The notes: a model not told the origin generated them from the sequence alone. A stretch of 64,000 nucleotides of DNA from Neptunomonas sp. (GCA_034110685.1 JAWUYS010000002.1:6692-70691); one strand, 5' to 3'; shown: positions 40,933-52,502, counted from the first letter of the stretch. Numbers and translations are program-made.

Positions 40933-41230
40933 CAAATGACTGCTCTCCAAACGCTGCTTAAGCAAGTGGCTCGCTTAATACAGGGGTGTATTTAGCGATT
41001 TCTATTTTACTGGTATGGTCCTGTAATTGTGTTTTACTTACATGATGTGTTTAATTCACTTTACAAAACGGGTCACTTCTTAGAGGCTACAAGTAATGCG
41101 TTATTTGGGCCTTCAGTACTAATCAGACTATACTGACGTTAATGTCATATCCCTGCTGTTATTTTTATTTTTGCAAAGTTCGATAGAATCTAACGCCCTG
41201 TGTTCAATTCATTTTTATGGAGAGTAGTTG

Positions 41231-41863
41231 ATGAGCAAGCACTGGAATCCTGCATTTAATGCTGCTAATTATGAGATAAAGGAAGACACAGTAATCTGTG
41301 AGAGCTTTTATCAGATGCGCGAAGTAAAGCTGCGTCATCAGCGCTTTGAAGGTGGGCAGATAGAGCTGACAAGGGATCTTTTTTGGAGGCCTGATGCGGT
41401 GTGTGTGCTTCTTTATGATCCTATTCGTGATGTTGTTGTTTTGATTGAGCAGTTTCGTATTGGCACTATCGATCATCCTCGTAGCCCATGGTTACTTGAG
41501 CTTGTTGCAGGTCTTGTTGAGCCTGGAGAAACCATTGAAGAGGTGGCGCGTCGAGAGAGTTTGGAGGAAGCAGGAGCAAAAATAGGCCGACTTGAACATA
41601 TCTGCCGGTTTACTCCAAGCCCAGGTGGCGCCAGAGAGTATGTTGATCTGTACTGTGGCTGTGTGAACAGTGATGGCATAGGTGGTGTTCATGGATTAGA
41701 GGGTGAAGGGGAGGATATTAAAGTCCACCTATTTCCCGTTACTACTGCGGTAGCGATGTTGAAAACAGGTGATGTTGATAATGCTGCCGCGATTATTGCA
41801 ATACAATGGTTGCAGTTAAATCACGCAACGATAAAAGATAAATGGAGCGTTGACGCTGTATGA
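41231..41863 (+). CDS. nudF: ADP-ribose pyrophosphatase
   Basis: LLYDP, IEQFR, ELVAG..E..RESLEEAG, SPGG and EDIKV; heads the nudF-yqiB-cpdA-yqiA-parE cluster. Confidence 0.93.
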   Translation: MSKHWNPAFNAANYEIKEDTVICESFYQMREVKLRHQRFEGGQIELTRDLFWRPDAVCVLLYDPIRDVVVLIEQFRIGTIDHPRSPWLLELVAGLVEPGETIEEVARRESLEEAGAKIGRLEHICRFTPSPGGAREYVDLYCGCVNSDGIGGVHGLEGEGEDIKVHLFPVTTAVAMLKTGDVDNAAAIIAIQWLQLNHATIKDKWSVDAV

Positions 41864-42303
41864 AACGTAAGTATGTGCCTGATCTAACGCGGCAGATGGC
41901 TATCTGTGAAGTTAACTATGCCCGTTTGAATAAACTGATGCCGGACTTAGAAGAGTGCGATATGCGCGAATTCAGGTTGGTGTGTGGTGAGCATCAGGCA
42001 CAGATACGGATTGAAGTTGAAGAACGTTTTGTTTACACCACGACCCTACAAATCTCACAGCAGGACGATAATGGTTCATCATGGTTAGAGTCTCCGGCGT
42101 TGGTGGTTAGGCTTTATCATGATGCAAATATGGCAGAAGTGATCTGTTTGAAGCGCCGTCGCCAACTATCAGGTGTTTATCCTTATCCCAACCGCGAAAT
42201 GCACCAGCCTGATGAAAAAGTGCAATTGAATAACTATTTGGGCGAATGGCTAAGTCATTGCCAGCAGCATGGCCAGTTTATCGAACCTATATTTACGGCC
42301 TAA
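41860..42303 (+). CDS. yqiB: DUF1249/YqiB-family protein
   Basis: CEVNYARL, YTT, VRLYHDANMAEV and YPNREMHQPDEK. Confidence 0.92.
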   Translation: MKRKYVPDLTRQMAICEVNYARLNKLMPDLEECDMREFRLVCGEHQAQIRIEVEERFVYTTTLQISQQDDNGSSWLESPALVVRLYHDANMAEVICLKRRRQLSGVYPYPNREMHQPDEKVQLNNYLGEWLSHCQQHGQFIEPIFTA

Positions 42304-43064
42304 TGAGTATGATCCGTATTATTCAAGTCACCGATTGCCATCTTCAAGCGAGCGAAGATGATATATTCAAAGAAGAAAATCCGGAACAGCGTTTACTGGC
42401 TGTTTTAAAAGATATAAGAGCAAACTACTCTCGCTCTGATGCCTTGCTGCTCACGGGAGATCTAGCCCATCACGGCTATAGCGCTGCTTATGGTCGGTTG
42501 CAATCCTACACAGAAGGGATTGCGAAAACGGTACGCTGGATTCCTGGTAATCATGACCATGCTGGAAAAATGCGAGAATACAAAAATCTTTCTGAGAAGG
42601 TTTTTGTACAGGACAAATGGTGCGTTATTTTATTGGATTCGACAGCTGAGCCTGATGGAATTGGGGGTGGAGCGCTCAGTAATGCGCAGCTATGTTGGTT
42701 AGATGAAATGGTCGCTCAGTATCCGAACCACTACTTGCTTATTGGGCTGCATCATCCTCCGGTTAAGGTGGGTAGTCGCTGGCAAGATAATATTATGCTG
42801 GCCAATGCTGAGGTTCTTTGGGCGCAAGTGACTTCGTATGAAAACCTTAAACTAGTGTTATGCGGGCACCTTCATCAAGAGCATCAAATAGATCATGCCG
42901 GTGTTAGTATTTTGGCGACACCCGCAACGGCTCCTCAGTTTGCAGTAGGTACCGATGTGCCGCTTGTAGAATCAGATAACTATCTATCCTTGCCCGGCTA
43001 CAGAATTATTGATCTGTTTGATGATGGCCGGTTTGAAACAATCGTTAATCGAGTCCCCCTCTGA
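42303..43064 (+). CDS. cpdA: 3',5'-cyclic AMP phosphodiesterase CpdA (metallophosphoesterase)
   Basis: TDCHL, TGDL, PGNHD, LHHPP and CGHLH; start at the TAATG overlap (42303). Confidence 0.88.
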   Translation: MSMIRIIQVTDCHLQASEDDIFKEENPEQRLLAVLKDIRANYSRSDALLLTGDLAHHGYSAAYGRLQSYTEGIAKTVRWIPGNHDHAGKMREYKNLSEKVFVQDKWCVILLDSTAEPDGIGGGALSNAQLCWLDEMVAQYPNHYLLIGLHHPPVKVGSRWQDNIMLANAEVLWAQVTSYENLKLVLCGHLHQEHQIDHAGVSILATPATAPQFAVGTDVPLVESDNYLSLPGYRIIDLFDDGRFETIVNRVPL

Positions 43065-43122
43065 GCTTGCATCCCATTGAAACCTTAGGTAACTTCTCTT
43101 AAACACTGTAAGGATAACCAGT

Positions 43123-43758
43123 ATGTTGTCGCCGTTATTTATCTATGTGCATGGTTTTAATAGCTCGCCAGATTCCATAAAGGCGCGCTTATTTGGGGAT
43201 TTTCTTAAAGCGAATCACAAAGATGCCGATATCGGTGATTATGCGGTGCCAGCATTATCACATTGGCCAACAGAAGCGATACAGCAGCTAGAAATATTGA
43301 TTACTGAGAACCAGCAGCGTCCGGTTGTATTAATTGGTAGCTCATTAGGTGGGTTTTATAGCCTATGGTTAACAGAGCGTTATAAAAACTGCACGACAGT
43401 ACTGGTGAACCCAGCGATCTATCCTTATCATTTGTTAGCTGAATGGTTGGGTGATAATGAAAATCTATACACGCATGAGCGTTATACGTTAACGCGAGGG
43501 CACTTAGCTCAGCTAGAAGCCTTGGTTGTGGATGAAGTGGTAGATCCTCAGCGTTATTTACTATTAACGCAAACAGCGGATGAAACGTTGGATTATCGTG
43601 AAGCAGTTGAGTTTTTTGATGAGTCTCCTGCTTTTATCCAACCTGGCGGTAGCCATGGTTTCGATCAATTTGAAAAACTGATTCCTGCAATCATCAGTTT
43701 TTCCCGGGGGCAGCTAGCGTTGCCAGAAGCGACCCCTTTACCTTCTTTTATAGAGTGA
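43123..43758 (+). CDS. yqiA: YqiA/YcfP-family esterase
   Basis: HGFNSSP, GSSLGG, NPA, DETLDY and GGSHGF. Confidence 0.92.
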   Translation: MLSPLFIYVHGFNSSPDSIKARLFGDFLKANHKDADIGDYAVPALSHWPTEAIQQLEILITENQQRPVVLIGSSLGGFYSLWLTERYKNCTTVLVNPAIYPYHLLAEWLGDNENLYTHERYTLTRGHLAQLEALVVDEVVDPQRYLLLTQTADETLDYREAVEFFDESPAFIQPGGSHGFDQFEKLIPAIISFSRGQLALPEATPLPSFIE

Positions 43759-43775
43759 CAGGAAAAAATAAATAG

Positions 43776-45668
43776 ATGTCGACGCAATATACAGCTGATT
43801 CGATAGAAGTCTTAAGTGGGCTGGACCCGGTTAAACGACGTCCGGGTATGTATACAGAAACTGACCGGCCTAACCATCTAGCACAAGAAGTTATTGATAA
43901 CTCAGTTGATGAAGCTTTGGCGGGGCATGCCAAGCAGATCGATGTGATTTTGCATAAAGATGGCTTCTTGTCTGTAAGCGATGATGGGCGCGGTATGCCT
44001 GTTGACCTGCATCCTGAAGAGGGAGTCAGTGGGGTTGAACTGATTCTTACTCGTTTGCATGCTGGTGGTAAATTTAATAATGACAACTACAACTATTCCG
44101 GTGGTTTACACGGTGTTGGTGTCTCTGTCGTTAATGCATTATCCAAGCTGCTCGAAGTGCAAATTAAACGTGATGCCAAGGTCTACAAAATCTGCTTTGC
44201 TAATGGAGATAAAGTCTCTGAGCTGGAAGTGATTGATACCTGTGGAAAGCGTAATACGGGTACTACTGTACGTTTTTTGGCAGACCCTAAGTATTTCGAT
44301 TCACCCAAATATAGTGTCCCCCACCTTAAGCATAACCTACGTGCTAAAGCTGTTCTCTGTCCGGGACTAAAAGTTACTTTTACGGACCAGAGTAGTGGCA
44401 AGAACGAAAAACAAGAATGGTATTATGAAGATGGACTCAGTGCATATCTTCGTGGAACAACACAGGTATTTGAAACGATACCTGAAGAGCCCTTTATCGG
44501 CTCCTTGCAAGGAGAGGAAGACGCTGTTGAGTGGGCGGTACAATGGTTACCAGAAGGTGGTGAGTTAACGTGTGAGAGTTTTGTTAACTTGATTCCAACA
44601 GTGCAAGGCGGTACGCATGTTAATGGATTTAGAACCGGCTTACTTGAGGCTATGCGTGAGTTTTGTGAGTTCCGCAACTTGTTACCGCGAGGCGTAAAAT
44701 TAACAGCGGACGATATTTGGGAGCGTTGTGCTTTTATCCTCTCAGCCAAAATGCGTGATCCTCAATTTTCAGGCCAAACCAAAGAGCGACTCTCTTCTCG
44801 TCATATCGCTGCCTTTATCTCAGGATCCGCTAAGGATGCTTTCTCACTATGGCTAAATAGCCATGTTGAAGAGGGCGAGCAGCTGGCAGAAAGCGTTATT
44901 GCTAATGCTCAGAAACGATTACGTTCCAGTAAAAAAGTAGTGCGTAAGAAAATTACTCAAGGCCCTGCACTCCCAGGAAAACTGGCTGACTGTGCGGGTT
45001 CTGAAACAATGCGATCTGAACTGTTTCTGGTGGAAGGTGATTCTGCGGGTGGTTCTGCCAAGCAAGCGCGTGATCGTCAATTTCAGGCGATTATGCCATT
45101 GCGTGGGAAAATTCTGAATACCTGGGAAGTGGACTCCGGAGAGATTCTTTCATCACAGGAGATTCACGATATATCGGTGGCCGTGGGCGTAGAACCAGGT
45201 TCAGATAATTTGGATGGTTTACGTTATGGAAAGGTCTGTGTATTAGCAGATGCCGACTCTGATGGTGCTCATATTGCTACCTTGATTTGTGCGTTATTTT
45301 TACGCCACTTCAAACCATTGGTAGATGCAGGACATATTTATGTCGCTATGCCGCCCTTATATCGTATTGATGCGGCTAAGGATGTTTTCTATGCACTGGA
45401 TGATGCCGAAAAGAACGGCATAGTTGAGCGCATACGCGCCGAACGCAAAAACGTTAAAATTAATGTGCAGCGATTCAAAGGGCTAGGGGAGATGAATCCC
45501 CTGCAATTACGTGAAACAACAATGGATCCAGACACACGCCGTTTAGTACAGCTCACTGTTGACGCTGAAGATAACGCGCATGAGATGCTGGATATGTTGT
45601 TAGCTAAAAAGCGCGCCGCTGATCGTAAAAGCTGGCTGGAAAGTAAGGGTGACCTGGCTCAAAAGTAG
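43776..45668 (+). CDS. parE: DNA topoisomerase IV subunit B
   Basis: EVIDNSVDE, LHAGGKF, VEGDSAGGSAKQAR, PLRGKILN and DADSDG; no GyrB insertion. Confidence 0.98.
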   Translation: MSTQYTADSIEVLSGLDPVKRRPGMYTETDRPNHLAQEVIDNSVDEALAGHAKQIDVILHKDGFLSVSDDGRGMPVDLHPEEGVSGVELILTRLHAGGKFNNDNYNYSGGLHGVGVSVVNALSKLLEVQIKRDAKVYKICFANGDKVSELEVIDTCGKRNTGTTVRFLADPKYFDSPKYSVPHLKHNLRAKAVLCPGLKVTFTDQSSGKNEKQEWYYEDGLSAYLRGTTQVFETIPEEPFIGSLQGEEDAVEWAVQWLPEGGELTCESFVNLIPTVQGGTHVNGFRTGLLEAMREFCEFRNLLPRGVKLTADDIWERCAFILSAKMRDPQFSGQTKERLSSRHIAAFISGSAKDAFSLWLNSHVEEGEQLAESVIANAQKRLRSSKKVVRKKITQGPALPGKLADCAGSETMRSELFLVEGDSAGGSAKQARDRQFQAIMPLRGKILNTWEVDSGEILSSQEIHDISVAVGVEPGSDNLDGLRYGKVCVLADADSDGAHIATLICALFLRHFKPLVDAGHIYVAMPPLYRIDAAKDVFYALDDAEKNGIVERIRAERKNVKINVQRFKGLGEMNPLQLRETTMDPDTRRLVQLTVDAEDNAHEMLDMLLAKKRAADRKSWLESKGDLAQK

Positions 45669-45690
45669 TCAGTTGGATGGATGTTGAGAT

Positions 45691-47961
45691 ATGAGTGAAG
45701 TAATAACAGACGATAGCATTGAGCGTTTACCCTTAAAAGATTTCACCGAAAAAGCGTACTTGGATTACTCCATGTATGTCATTTTGGATCGTGCTTTACC
45801 GCATGTAGGTGATGGAATGAAGCCGGTACAGCGTCGTATTGTTTATGCGATGTCCGAACTTGGGTTAAAGGCCTCAGCTAAGCATAAAAAATCAGCGCGT
45901 ACTGTGGGGGATGTGTTAGGTAAATACCATCCTCACGGCGATAGTGCTTGTTATGAAGCGATGGTGTTGATGGCGCAGCCTTTTAGCTATCGTTACCCAT
46001 TGATTGATGGGCAAGGGAACTGGGGTTCGCAAGATGATCCAAAATCCTTTGCTGCCATGCGATATACCGAAGCGAAGCTTGCGAAGTATGCTGAGGTATT
46101 GCTGCAAGAAGTGAATCAGGGAACCGTCGATTGGTTACCAAACTTTGACGGTACTATGGTTGAGCCTGCGGTTTTGCCTGCTCGATTGCCTAATATTTTA
46201 CTCAACGGTGGTAGTGGTATAGCCGTGGGTATGGCAACTGATATACCACCACACAACCTGCGTGAAGTTACCTCTGCCTGTATTCACCTGCTGGATCATC
46301 CAAAAGCTGACATTGCTGAATTGTGCACTTTTGTTCCTGCGCCTGATATGCCAACCGATGCAGAGATTATATCGTCGCCAAGCGACCTGCAAAAGATCTA
46401 CGAGACTGGCCGAGGCTCAGTACGTATGCGTGCTGTGTATACGCAAGAGCAAGGCGATATTATTGTTACTGCTCTGCCTTATCAGGTTTCAGGTGATAAA
46501 ATCCTTGAGCAGATCGCTCAGCAGATGCAGCAGAAAAAACTACCGATGGTAGCTGATCTGCGAGATGAGTCGGATCATGAAAACCCGACACGTTTGGTGA
46601 TTATTCCACGTTCAAATCGCATTGACGCAGAACAGTTGATGGCGCATCTATTTGCTTCTACTGATCTTGAAAGAACCTATCGCGTCAACATGAATATGAT
46701 CGGTGTTGATGGCCGCCCTCAAGTGAAAAATCTACGTATGATTTTAACTGAGTGGCTAAGTTGGCGCACGGGTGTTGTGAGGAGTCGATTAGAGCATCGC
46801 TTATCAAAAGTACTGGATCGCTTACACATTCTTGAAGGTTTGATGGTTGCGTATCTGAATATAGATGAAGTGATTGCCATCATCCGTTATGAAGATGAGC
46901 CTAAGCAAGAGTTGATGAAACGCTTTAGTCTGAGTGAAACTCAGGCGGATGCGATTCTGGATCTTAAATTACGCCACTTGGCGAAGTTAGAAGAGTTTAA
47001 GATTAAGTCTGAGCAGGATGAGCTCGATGCTGAGCGTAAACGCCTTGAGCTGATACTCGGTTCAGATCAGCGTATGCGCACACTGATCAAAAAAGAACTT
47101 AAAGAAGATATGGAAACCTATGGTGATGCAAGACGCTCACCTGTAGTAATACGAAGTGAAGCTCAGGCCTTTAATGAAAAAGACCTGCTTTCTTCAGACC
47201 CTGTGATGGCAATTATATCTAAACAAGGCTGGATTCGTGCAGCTAAAGGTCATGATATCGATGGTGCAGGGTTGAGTTATAAGTCTGGGGATAGCTTTAA
47301 ACTAGCGTGTGCAGGGAGGATGAACCAGCCGTTTATTCTACTGGATTCGACTGGGCGAAGTTATACTCTTGAGTCGCATACTCTACCATCAGCACGAGGC
47401 CAGGGAGAGCCTATTACAGGGCGTGTGACACTTCAAAAGGGAGCAACAATTGAAGCGGTGGTTGCTGGAAAAGATAGTGACAAAATTCTACTAGCATCGG
47501 ATGCTGGATATGGATTTATCACTTCAATTTCTGACCTTTCCAGTAAAACAAAAAATGGTAAAGCGGCCCTTACATTACCTAAGAATGCCCAGGTGCTTGC
47601 TCCTGTTAAGATTGAAAATATGGAGCAAGCTTTACTAGCAGCGATAACCAGTGAAGGACGTTTATTGGTGTTCCCTGTGGCAGAGTTACCTGAGCTGGCG
47701 CGAGGTAAGGGTAATAAAATTATTAACATTCCGTCTGTACGTGCCGCAACGCGAGAAGAGATTGTCTGTGATGTTGTTGTGTTGATGCCTGATTCAATAC
47801 TACAAGTGCATGCAGGACGTCAGCACCTTAAGCTAAAACCTTCTGATCTTGAGCATTATCGAGGTGAGCGTGGGCGACGTGGTAACAAGCTACCGCGTGG
47901 TTATCAGCGTGTAGATAAACTTGAAGTCATGAGTAATAAAGGAGAAACACTAGATTCTTGA
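45691..47961 (+). CDS. parC: DNA topoisomerase IV subunit A
   Basis: [26 protein letters not shown] and AAMRYTE. Confidence 0.98.
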   Translation: MSEVITDDSIERLPLKDFTEKAYLDYSMYVILDRALPHVGDGMKPVQRRIVYAMSELGLKASAKHKKSARTVGDVLGKYHPHGDSACYEAMVLMAQPFSYRYPLIDGQGNWGSQDDPKSFAAMRYTEAKLAKYAEVLLQEVNQGTVDWLPNFDGTMVEPAVLPARLPNILLNGGSGIAVGMATDIPPHNLREVTSACIHLLDHPKADIAELCTFVPAPDMPTDAEIISSPSDLQKIYETGRGSVRMRAVYTQEQGDIIVTALPYQVSGDKILEQIAQQMQQKKLPMVADLRDESDHENPTRLVIIPRSNRIDAEQLMAHLFASTDLERTYRVNMNMIGVDGRPQVKNLRMILTEWLSWRTGVVRSRLEHRLSKVLDRLHILEGLMVAYLNIDEVIAIIRYEDEPKQELMKRFSLSETQADAILDLKLRHLAKLEEFKIKSEQDELDAERKRLELILGSDQRMRTLIKKELKEDMETYGDARRSPVVIRSEAQAFNEKDLLSSDPVMAIISKQGWIRAAKGHDIDGAGLSYKSGDSFKLACAGRMNQPFILLDSTGRSYTLESHTLPSARGQGEPITGRVTLQKGATIEAVVAGKDSDKILLASDAGYGFITSISDLSSKTKNGKAALTLPKNAQVLAPVKIENMEQALLAAITSEGRLLVFPVAELPELARGKGNKIINIPSVRAATREEIVCDVVVLMPDSILQVHAGRQHLKLKPSDLEHYRGERGRRGNKLPRGYQRVDKLEVMSNKGETLDS

Positions 47962-48002
47962 TCTAGTGTTTGTCTTGTTTTAGCATCTGCTGCTGTTTAG
48001 GG

Positions 48003-49622
48003 TTAATGCTCTAAGCTTTCAGCAGTAGGTGCTTTTAGTAGGTGGGTTGCTTGCTTTGTGAGTAAAGCTTGATAAGAAGGTGTTAATGACAATATTAGTA
48101 CCTTGTCTTCATCTTCGCGGCGCACTTCGGCAGTGGATAACAATGTTGATTTGAGTTGTTTGGCTTCAGTTAGCGCTGTATGACTAATGAGTTCGTTGCT
48201 TTGCGTGGTACGTGTTAAAAAAAGCGCTTCTTCTTTAATAAGGTTAAATTTTTCTCGGTTGCCACGTACGATAGCCATATGTAGATTGAGTACTGGTTTG
48301 AATGACTTTATACGTGCGTGATTGAAAGCTCTGTAGAGTAAAGTGAAAAGCTTCGCCGCACAAAGCGCGTGCACGCCGTGTCCATCTTCCTCATCCTGAT
48401 CATCAAAAAATAGTTGTAGGTCACCACTAGCATTAACGGAAACCGATCCACCGTAAATGGCAGATACTTTTTTGATGAGATGCTCGTACGTTTGTAATAA
48501 GTAATTATGTTCTTCAGGCTCAACGTAGTCGGCATGCCCCGTTGTCGCGTCAATATAGAATAGGTAAGCGGCTTCTTTGGGCTGTAGCGATAATTCTAGT
48601 TGGTGCTCTAAGCTGTATAAGTCGAGTTGTTCTTCTGTTCGTTCATGGGCACGCAATGGATTGGGTTTCAGCGTTGCGAGTTCCGGCGCGCTTTTAGACA
48701 GACTTTGCTGGTGTGTTTGAAGTGAATCCTCAAGCTCGTAAGTGGATTCTTTAGGTGAATAAGCTTCATTAGTTTGTTCGCTGTCTGTCTGCATCGGCGC
48801 TGGTTTAAAATGCGGCATGCGCTCCGTTGAATCGGGTCTTAATAGCTCAACAAGTTCATTATTATCTAGTGTTTCGTCAGTAGAATGAATGTCATTGTCA
48901 TGCTCTGGGTCTATTTGGTGTTGATCATTCTCATCGACGTCTGTTTTTTCTGAATAGGGCTCACTAATGGTCTGGGTCAGTGTTTGAGAAAAACTCTCGG
49001 GTTGTTTAATGGATTCTTCAAAAGAGGAAGCAACATCGGAAGATAAGGTGTCCGGGGTTTGTGTATCAGGATTTTCATCAGATGAATTTGAGCGCAAGTT
49101 AAGTTGCTTTAGTGATAGCCATAAAGTTATTAAAGTGGCTAGTAAGGTAATAATAGATAGGATAGCAACTTGCCATAACAAGCCGGTTAGCATGTTATGT
49201 TCTGATTGTTGGCCAGTATAAAGTTTTAATGTTCCCATGGGTGTTTGCTGACTGCCCAAGATGACTTCTTGCTCAGCGCCGTTGTTTTCACCTGCACGAG
49301 CAATTAATTTATTTCTTTTGTTAAATACGGCAACGCCCTTTACTTGCGGTGCTTCTGTTAGGCTATTAAGAAAGAAATTAAGACTAATGATGTCTTCTGC
49401 CAACAGATAAGGTTGGATAGTCATTGCCGCTTGGCGGGCAGTGAAGCGAGATGTTTTTATCGCTTCATTTTTTGCGATGTTGTCAGCTGCAATATACAGA
49501 TACGTAGCGCTAAGTATCCAGCCAGAGAGCATAACTAATGCCGTAGCCAATATCAGGCGGTAGTATGGTTTCTTTAAAGTGAATGGCATATTGCTGTTAT
49601 GTACCTGTTGAAGGTTATCCAT
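48003..49622 (-). CDS. AhpA/YtjB-like membrane protein with acidic linker and C-terminal nucleotide-cyclase-like domain
   Basis: Two TM helices around a short periplasmic domain (QPYLLAEDIISLN); long D/E/S/T/P/Q-rich linker; C-terminal alpha/beta domain (KVSAIYGG, ALCAAKLF); the start may be MPFTL near 49589. Confidence 0.65.
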   Translation of the reverse strand: MDNLQQVHNSNMPFTLKKPYYRLILATALVMLSGWILSATYLYIAADNIAKNEAIKTSRFTARQAAMTIQPYLLAEDIISLNFFLNSLTEAPQVKGVAVFNKRNKLIARAGENNGAEQEVILGSQQTPMGTLKLYTGQQSEHNMLTGLLWQVAILSIITLLATLITLWLSLKQLNLRSNSSDENPDTQTPDTLSSDVASSFEESIKQPESFSQTLTQTISEPYSEKTDVDENDQHQIDPEHDNDIHSTDETLDNNELVELLRPDSTERMPHFKPAPMQTDSEQTNEAYSPKESTYELEDSLQTHQQSLSKSAPELATLKPNPLRAHERTEEQLDLYSLEHQLELSLQPKEAAYLFYIDATTGHADYVEPEEHNYLLQTYEHLIKKVSAIYGGSVSVNASGDLQLFFDDQDEEDGHGVHALCAAKLFTLLYRAFNHARIKSFKPVLNLHMAIVRGNREKFNLIKEEALFLTRTTQSNELISHTALTEAKQLKSTLLSTAEVRREDEDKVLILSLTPSYQALLTKQATHLLKAPTAESLEH

Positions 49623-49681
49623 TTTATTAGCGCTGATGATAGCAGTTAGTGGTCTTTATGGTCACTCATATAAAGCAGTTC

Positions 49682-49710
49682 ATGACCCAAGATTAATAGC
49701 ATTGTATAAT
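49682..49710 (+). promoter_or_regulatory. Probable sigma-70 promoter of the proA operon
   Basis: ATGACC (49682-49687), 17 nt, TATAAT (49705-49710). Confidence 0.5.
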
Positions 49711-49738
49711 TATGGGTCACGTGAACGCGAAAGGGTAA

Positions 49739-50998
49739 GTGATGAACGTTGAAGCATACATGAACAAGTTAGGACAAAGCGCCAGAGAAGCCTCCCGTTT
49801 GGTGGCAAAAGCAGAGACTGGTGTGAAAAATAAAGCGTTATTGGCTATGGCTACTGCATTGGATAATAGCCGTGATGCACTGATAGCAGCCAATGAAAAA
49901 GATCTGGAAAATGGCCGTCAGAATGGTTTGGACGCTGCGATGTTGGATCGTCTTGGGTTGGGTAATGCAACCATTGATGGAATGATTGAAGGTTTGCACC
50001 AAGTAGTCGCACTGCCTGACCCGGTGGGAAGTATCACCGATATGAATTACCGCCCTTCCGGTATTCAAGTCGGAAAAATGCGTGTTCCCTTGGGTGTTAT
50101 TGGCATTATTTATGAGTCTCGCCCAAATGTGACTGTTGAAGCCGCTAGTTTGTGCCTTAAATCAGGTAACGCTACCATTTTACGAGGTGGCTCTGAGGCT
50201 ATTCATTCTAACCAAGCGGTTGCTGAATGTATCCGTGTAGGGTTGAAGGAAGCAGGTTTGCCTGCTGAAGCAGTACAAGTGGTAGAAACAACTGATCGAG
50301 AAGCAGTTGGGCAGTTAATCACTATGCCTGAATTCGTTGATGTAATCGTGCCGCGTGGCGGAAAAGGTCTTATTGAGCGAATTAGTCGCGATGCTAAAGT
50401 TCCTGTGATTAAACATCTTGATGGCATCTGTCACGTATATATTGATGATCAAGCAGATAGAGCGAAAGCAGTGAATATTGCTCTAAATGCCAAAACACAT
50501 CGATATGGTACCTGTAATACCATGGAAACTTTATTGATTCATGCGGGTGTTGCTGAAGAGGTGTTGGGTGACTTAGTTGACCGTTACTTTGCGGCGGGTG
50601 TGGAGTTACGTGGTTGTGAACTGACACGTGCTTTAGCGCCACGAGTTAACGAGGCAACAGAATCTGATTGGTCGACTGAATATTTAGCACCTGTCTTATC
50701 GATTAAGATTGTTGCTGATATTGATGAGGCGATGAAACATATTAATCATTATGGTTCACACCATACTGATGCAATCGTAACTGAAAACTATACACTTTCA
50801 CGTCGTTTCTTACGTGAGGTGGATTCCAGCTCTGTAGTGGTAAATGCCTCTACCCGCTTTGCTGATGGTTTTGAGTATGGATTGGGTGCAGAGATTGGCA
50901 TTTCTACCGATAAAATACATGCACGTGGCCCCGTTGGGCTAGAAGGGCTGACTTCACAGAAGTACGTAGTATTGGGTGATGGTCATATTCGCCAGTAA
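49739..50998 (+). CDS. proA: Gamma-glutamyl phosphate reductase
   Basis: [33 protein letters not shown] and [15 protein letters not shown]. Confidence 0.98.
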   Translation: MMNVEAYMNKLGQSAREASRLVAKAETGVKNKALLAMATALDNSRDALIAANEKDLENGRQNGLDAAMLDRLGLGNATIDGMIEGLHQVVALPDPVGSITDMNYRPSGIQVGKMRVPLGVIGIIYESRPNVTVEAASLCLKSGNATILRGGSEAIHSNQAVAECIRVGLKEAGLPAEAVQVVETTDREAVGQLITMPEFVDVIVPRGGKGLIERISRDAKVPVIKHLDGICHVYIDDQADRAKAVNIALNAKTHRYGTCNTMETLLIHAGVAEEVLGDLVDRYFAAGVELRGCELTRALAPRVNEATESDWSTEYLAPVLSIKIVADIDEAMKHINHYGSHHTDAIVTENYTLSRRFLREVDSSSVVVNASTRFADGFEYGLGAEIGISTDKIHARGPVGLEGLTSQKYVVLGDGHIRQ

Positions 50999-51002
50999 GC
51001 CA

Positions 51003-51653
51003 ATGACAGCTGCGCATGTGTTTATGGGGGGGACGTTTGACCCTATTCACTATGGACATTTGAGAACGGCATTAGAGATACAGCAATGGTTACGAGTTGA
51101 ATCTGTACACCTAATGCCGGCTAGTGTTCCTGTGCATCGTCAAGAGCCGGGTTCTACCGCTCTAGCGCGTTTGGCTATGGTTGAAGAAGCGATTGCTGGG
51201 GAATCTGCGTTACGTTGCGATTCCAGAGAAATTCTTTCAGACCAGCCTTCTTATACAATTTATACTTTGGAAGCTTTACGTAAGGAACTTGGTTTAGAGA
51301 CGCCTGTCTGTATGGTAATGGGAATGGATTCATTTCTATCACTGGATCAGTGGTTTCGCTTTGATGAGTACCTTTCGTTCTGCCATATTATAGTTGCGGC
51401 GAGGCCAGGGTATCGATTTGAGCCAAATCAGAGGCTCAAGCATTTGCTGCAGGGGCATCAGGTCGATACGAAAAATGATATCCTGAATAAGTCGTCAGGT
51501 AGTATTTTGATTCATGAGTTGACGCCATTAAGTATTTCAGCCACGTATATTCGTGAGTTGATGGCTAATGGTGAGTCTCCTCGGTATTTATTGCCGGATT
51601 CTGTCTGGCACTATATACAAAAAAATAAACTCTATTACACAGATAAAGGATAG
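51003..51653 (+). CDS. nadD: Nicotinate-nucleotide adenylyltransferase
   Basis: GGTFDPIHYGH, SYT, GMDS and ISATYIR; start placed at ATG 51003. Confidence 0.96.
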   Translation: MTAAHVFMGGTFDPIHYGHLRTALEIQQWLRVESVHLMPASVPVHRQEPGSTALARLAMVEEAIAGESALRCDSREILSDQPSYTIYTLEALRKELGLETPVCMVMGMDSFLSLDQWFRFDEYLSFCHIIVAARPGYRFEPNQRLKHLLQGHQVDTKNDILNKSSGSILIHELTPLSISATYIRELMANGESPRYLLPDSVWHYIQKNKLYYTDKG

Positions 51654-51663
51654 TTAATTGTCA

Positions 51664-52035
51664 ATGCAAACTAAGCAGCTTATTGGGCTTGTGCGTGATG
51701 CGCTTGAAGATGTTAAAGCGCGAGATATCGAGATTATCGATGTCCGTGGTAAATCCAGCATTACTGATTTTATGATGATTGCCACAGGTACTTCAAAGCG
51801 GCATGTGGTGTCATTGGCACAGTCTGTTTCTGATAAAGTGAAGGAAGCAGGAGTTGAACCGATTGGTAGTGAAGGTCAAACTGACGGTGATTGGGTGTTG
51901 GTTGATTTAGGTGAATTGGTAGTTCATGTGATGATGCCTGACGCGAGAAGTTATTATGATCTCGAACGCTTGTGGCAGTTTGATCCGTTAGAAGATGAAG
52001 CATCAGCTGAAACTAATGTGAGCGGTTTAAGCTAA
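51664..52035 (+). CDS. rsfS: Ribosome silencing factor RsfS
   Basis: [21 protein letters not shown] and [10 protein letters not shown]. Confidence 0.96.
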   Translation: MQTKQLIGLVRDALEDVKARDIEIIDVRGKSSITDFMMIATGTSKRHVVSLAQSVSDKVKEAGVEPIGSEGQTDGDWVLVDLGELVVHVMMPDARSYYDLERLWQFDPLEDEASAETNVSGLS

Positions 52036-52502
52036 TGAAAATACGTTTGTTGGCTGTAGGCGGAAAAATGCCTGATTGGGTTACTATTGGATTCAATGAG
52101 TACAGCAAACGTTTACCGCATGAGATGACGTTAGAGTTAATTGAGCTTTCGTTAGGGCATCGTGGTAAGGGTGCTGATATGGCGCGTGCTATTCGCCATG
52201 AAGGGGATGCTATGTTGGCTGCTATTCCTAAAGGCGATCGAATTATCGCCTTGGAAGTTGAAGGGCGCTCATGGTCGACAGAGCAGCTTGCTGCAAAAGT
52301 CAGTGAGTGGCAGATGGATGGACGTAATATCTCTTTGCTGGTGGGGGGGCCGGATGGTCTTGATCCACGCTGCTCAGCATTAGCCGATCAGAAGTGGTCA
52401 CTGTCTGGGTTAACATTGCCACACCCGTTAGTTCGCGTCATTCTTGCCGAGCAGGTTTATCGAGCCTGGACAATCATTCAGGGTCATCCGTATCACAAGT
52501 AG
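52035..52502 (+). CDS. rlmH: 23S rRNA pseudouridine1915 methyltransferase
   Basis: [18 protein letters not shown] and [15 protein letters not shown]. Confidence 0.98.
   Translation: MKIRLLAVGGKMPDWVTIGFNEYSKRLPHEMTLELIELSLGHRGKGADMARAIRHEGDAMLAAIPKGDRIIALEVEGRSWSTEQLAAKVSEWQMDGRNISLLVGGPDGLDPRCSALADQKWSLSGLTLPHPLVRVILAEQVYRAWTIIQGHPYHK

Noticed and set aside
40933-41230. TPP riboswitch, expected if thiC had been next to nudF
   Set aside because: I could not find the CTGAGA, ACCTG and GGGA core elements in the right order on either strand.
45900-45970. parC quinolone-resistance region
   Set aside because: [10 protein letters not shown] keeps the wild-type Ser and Glu; no resistance substitution.
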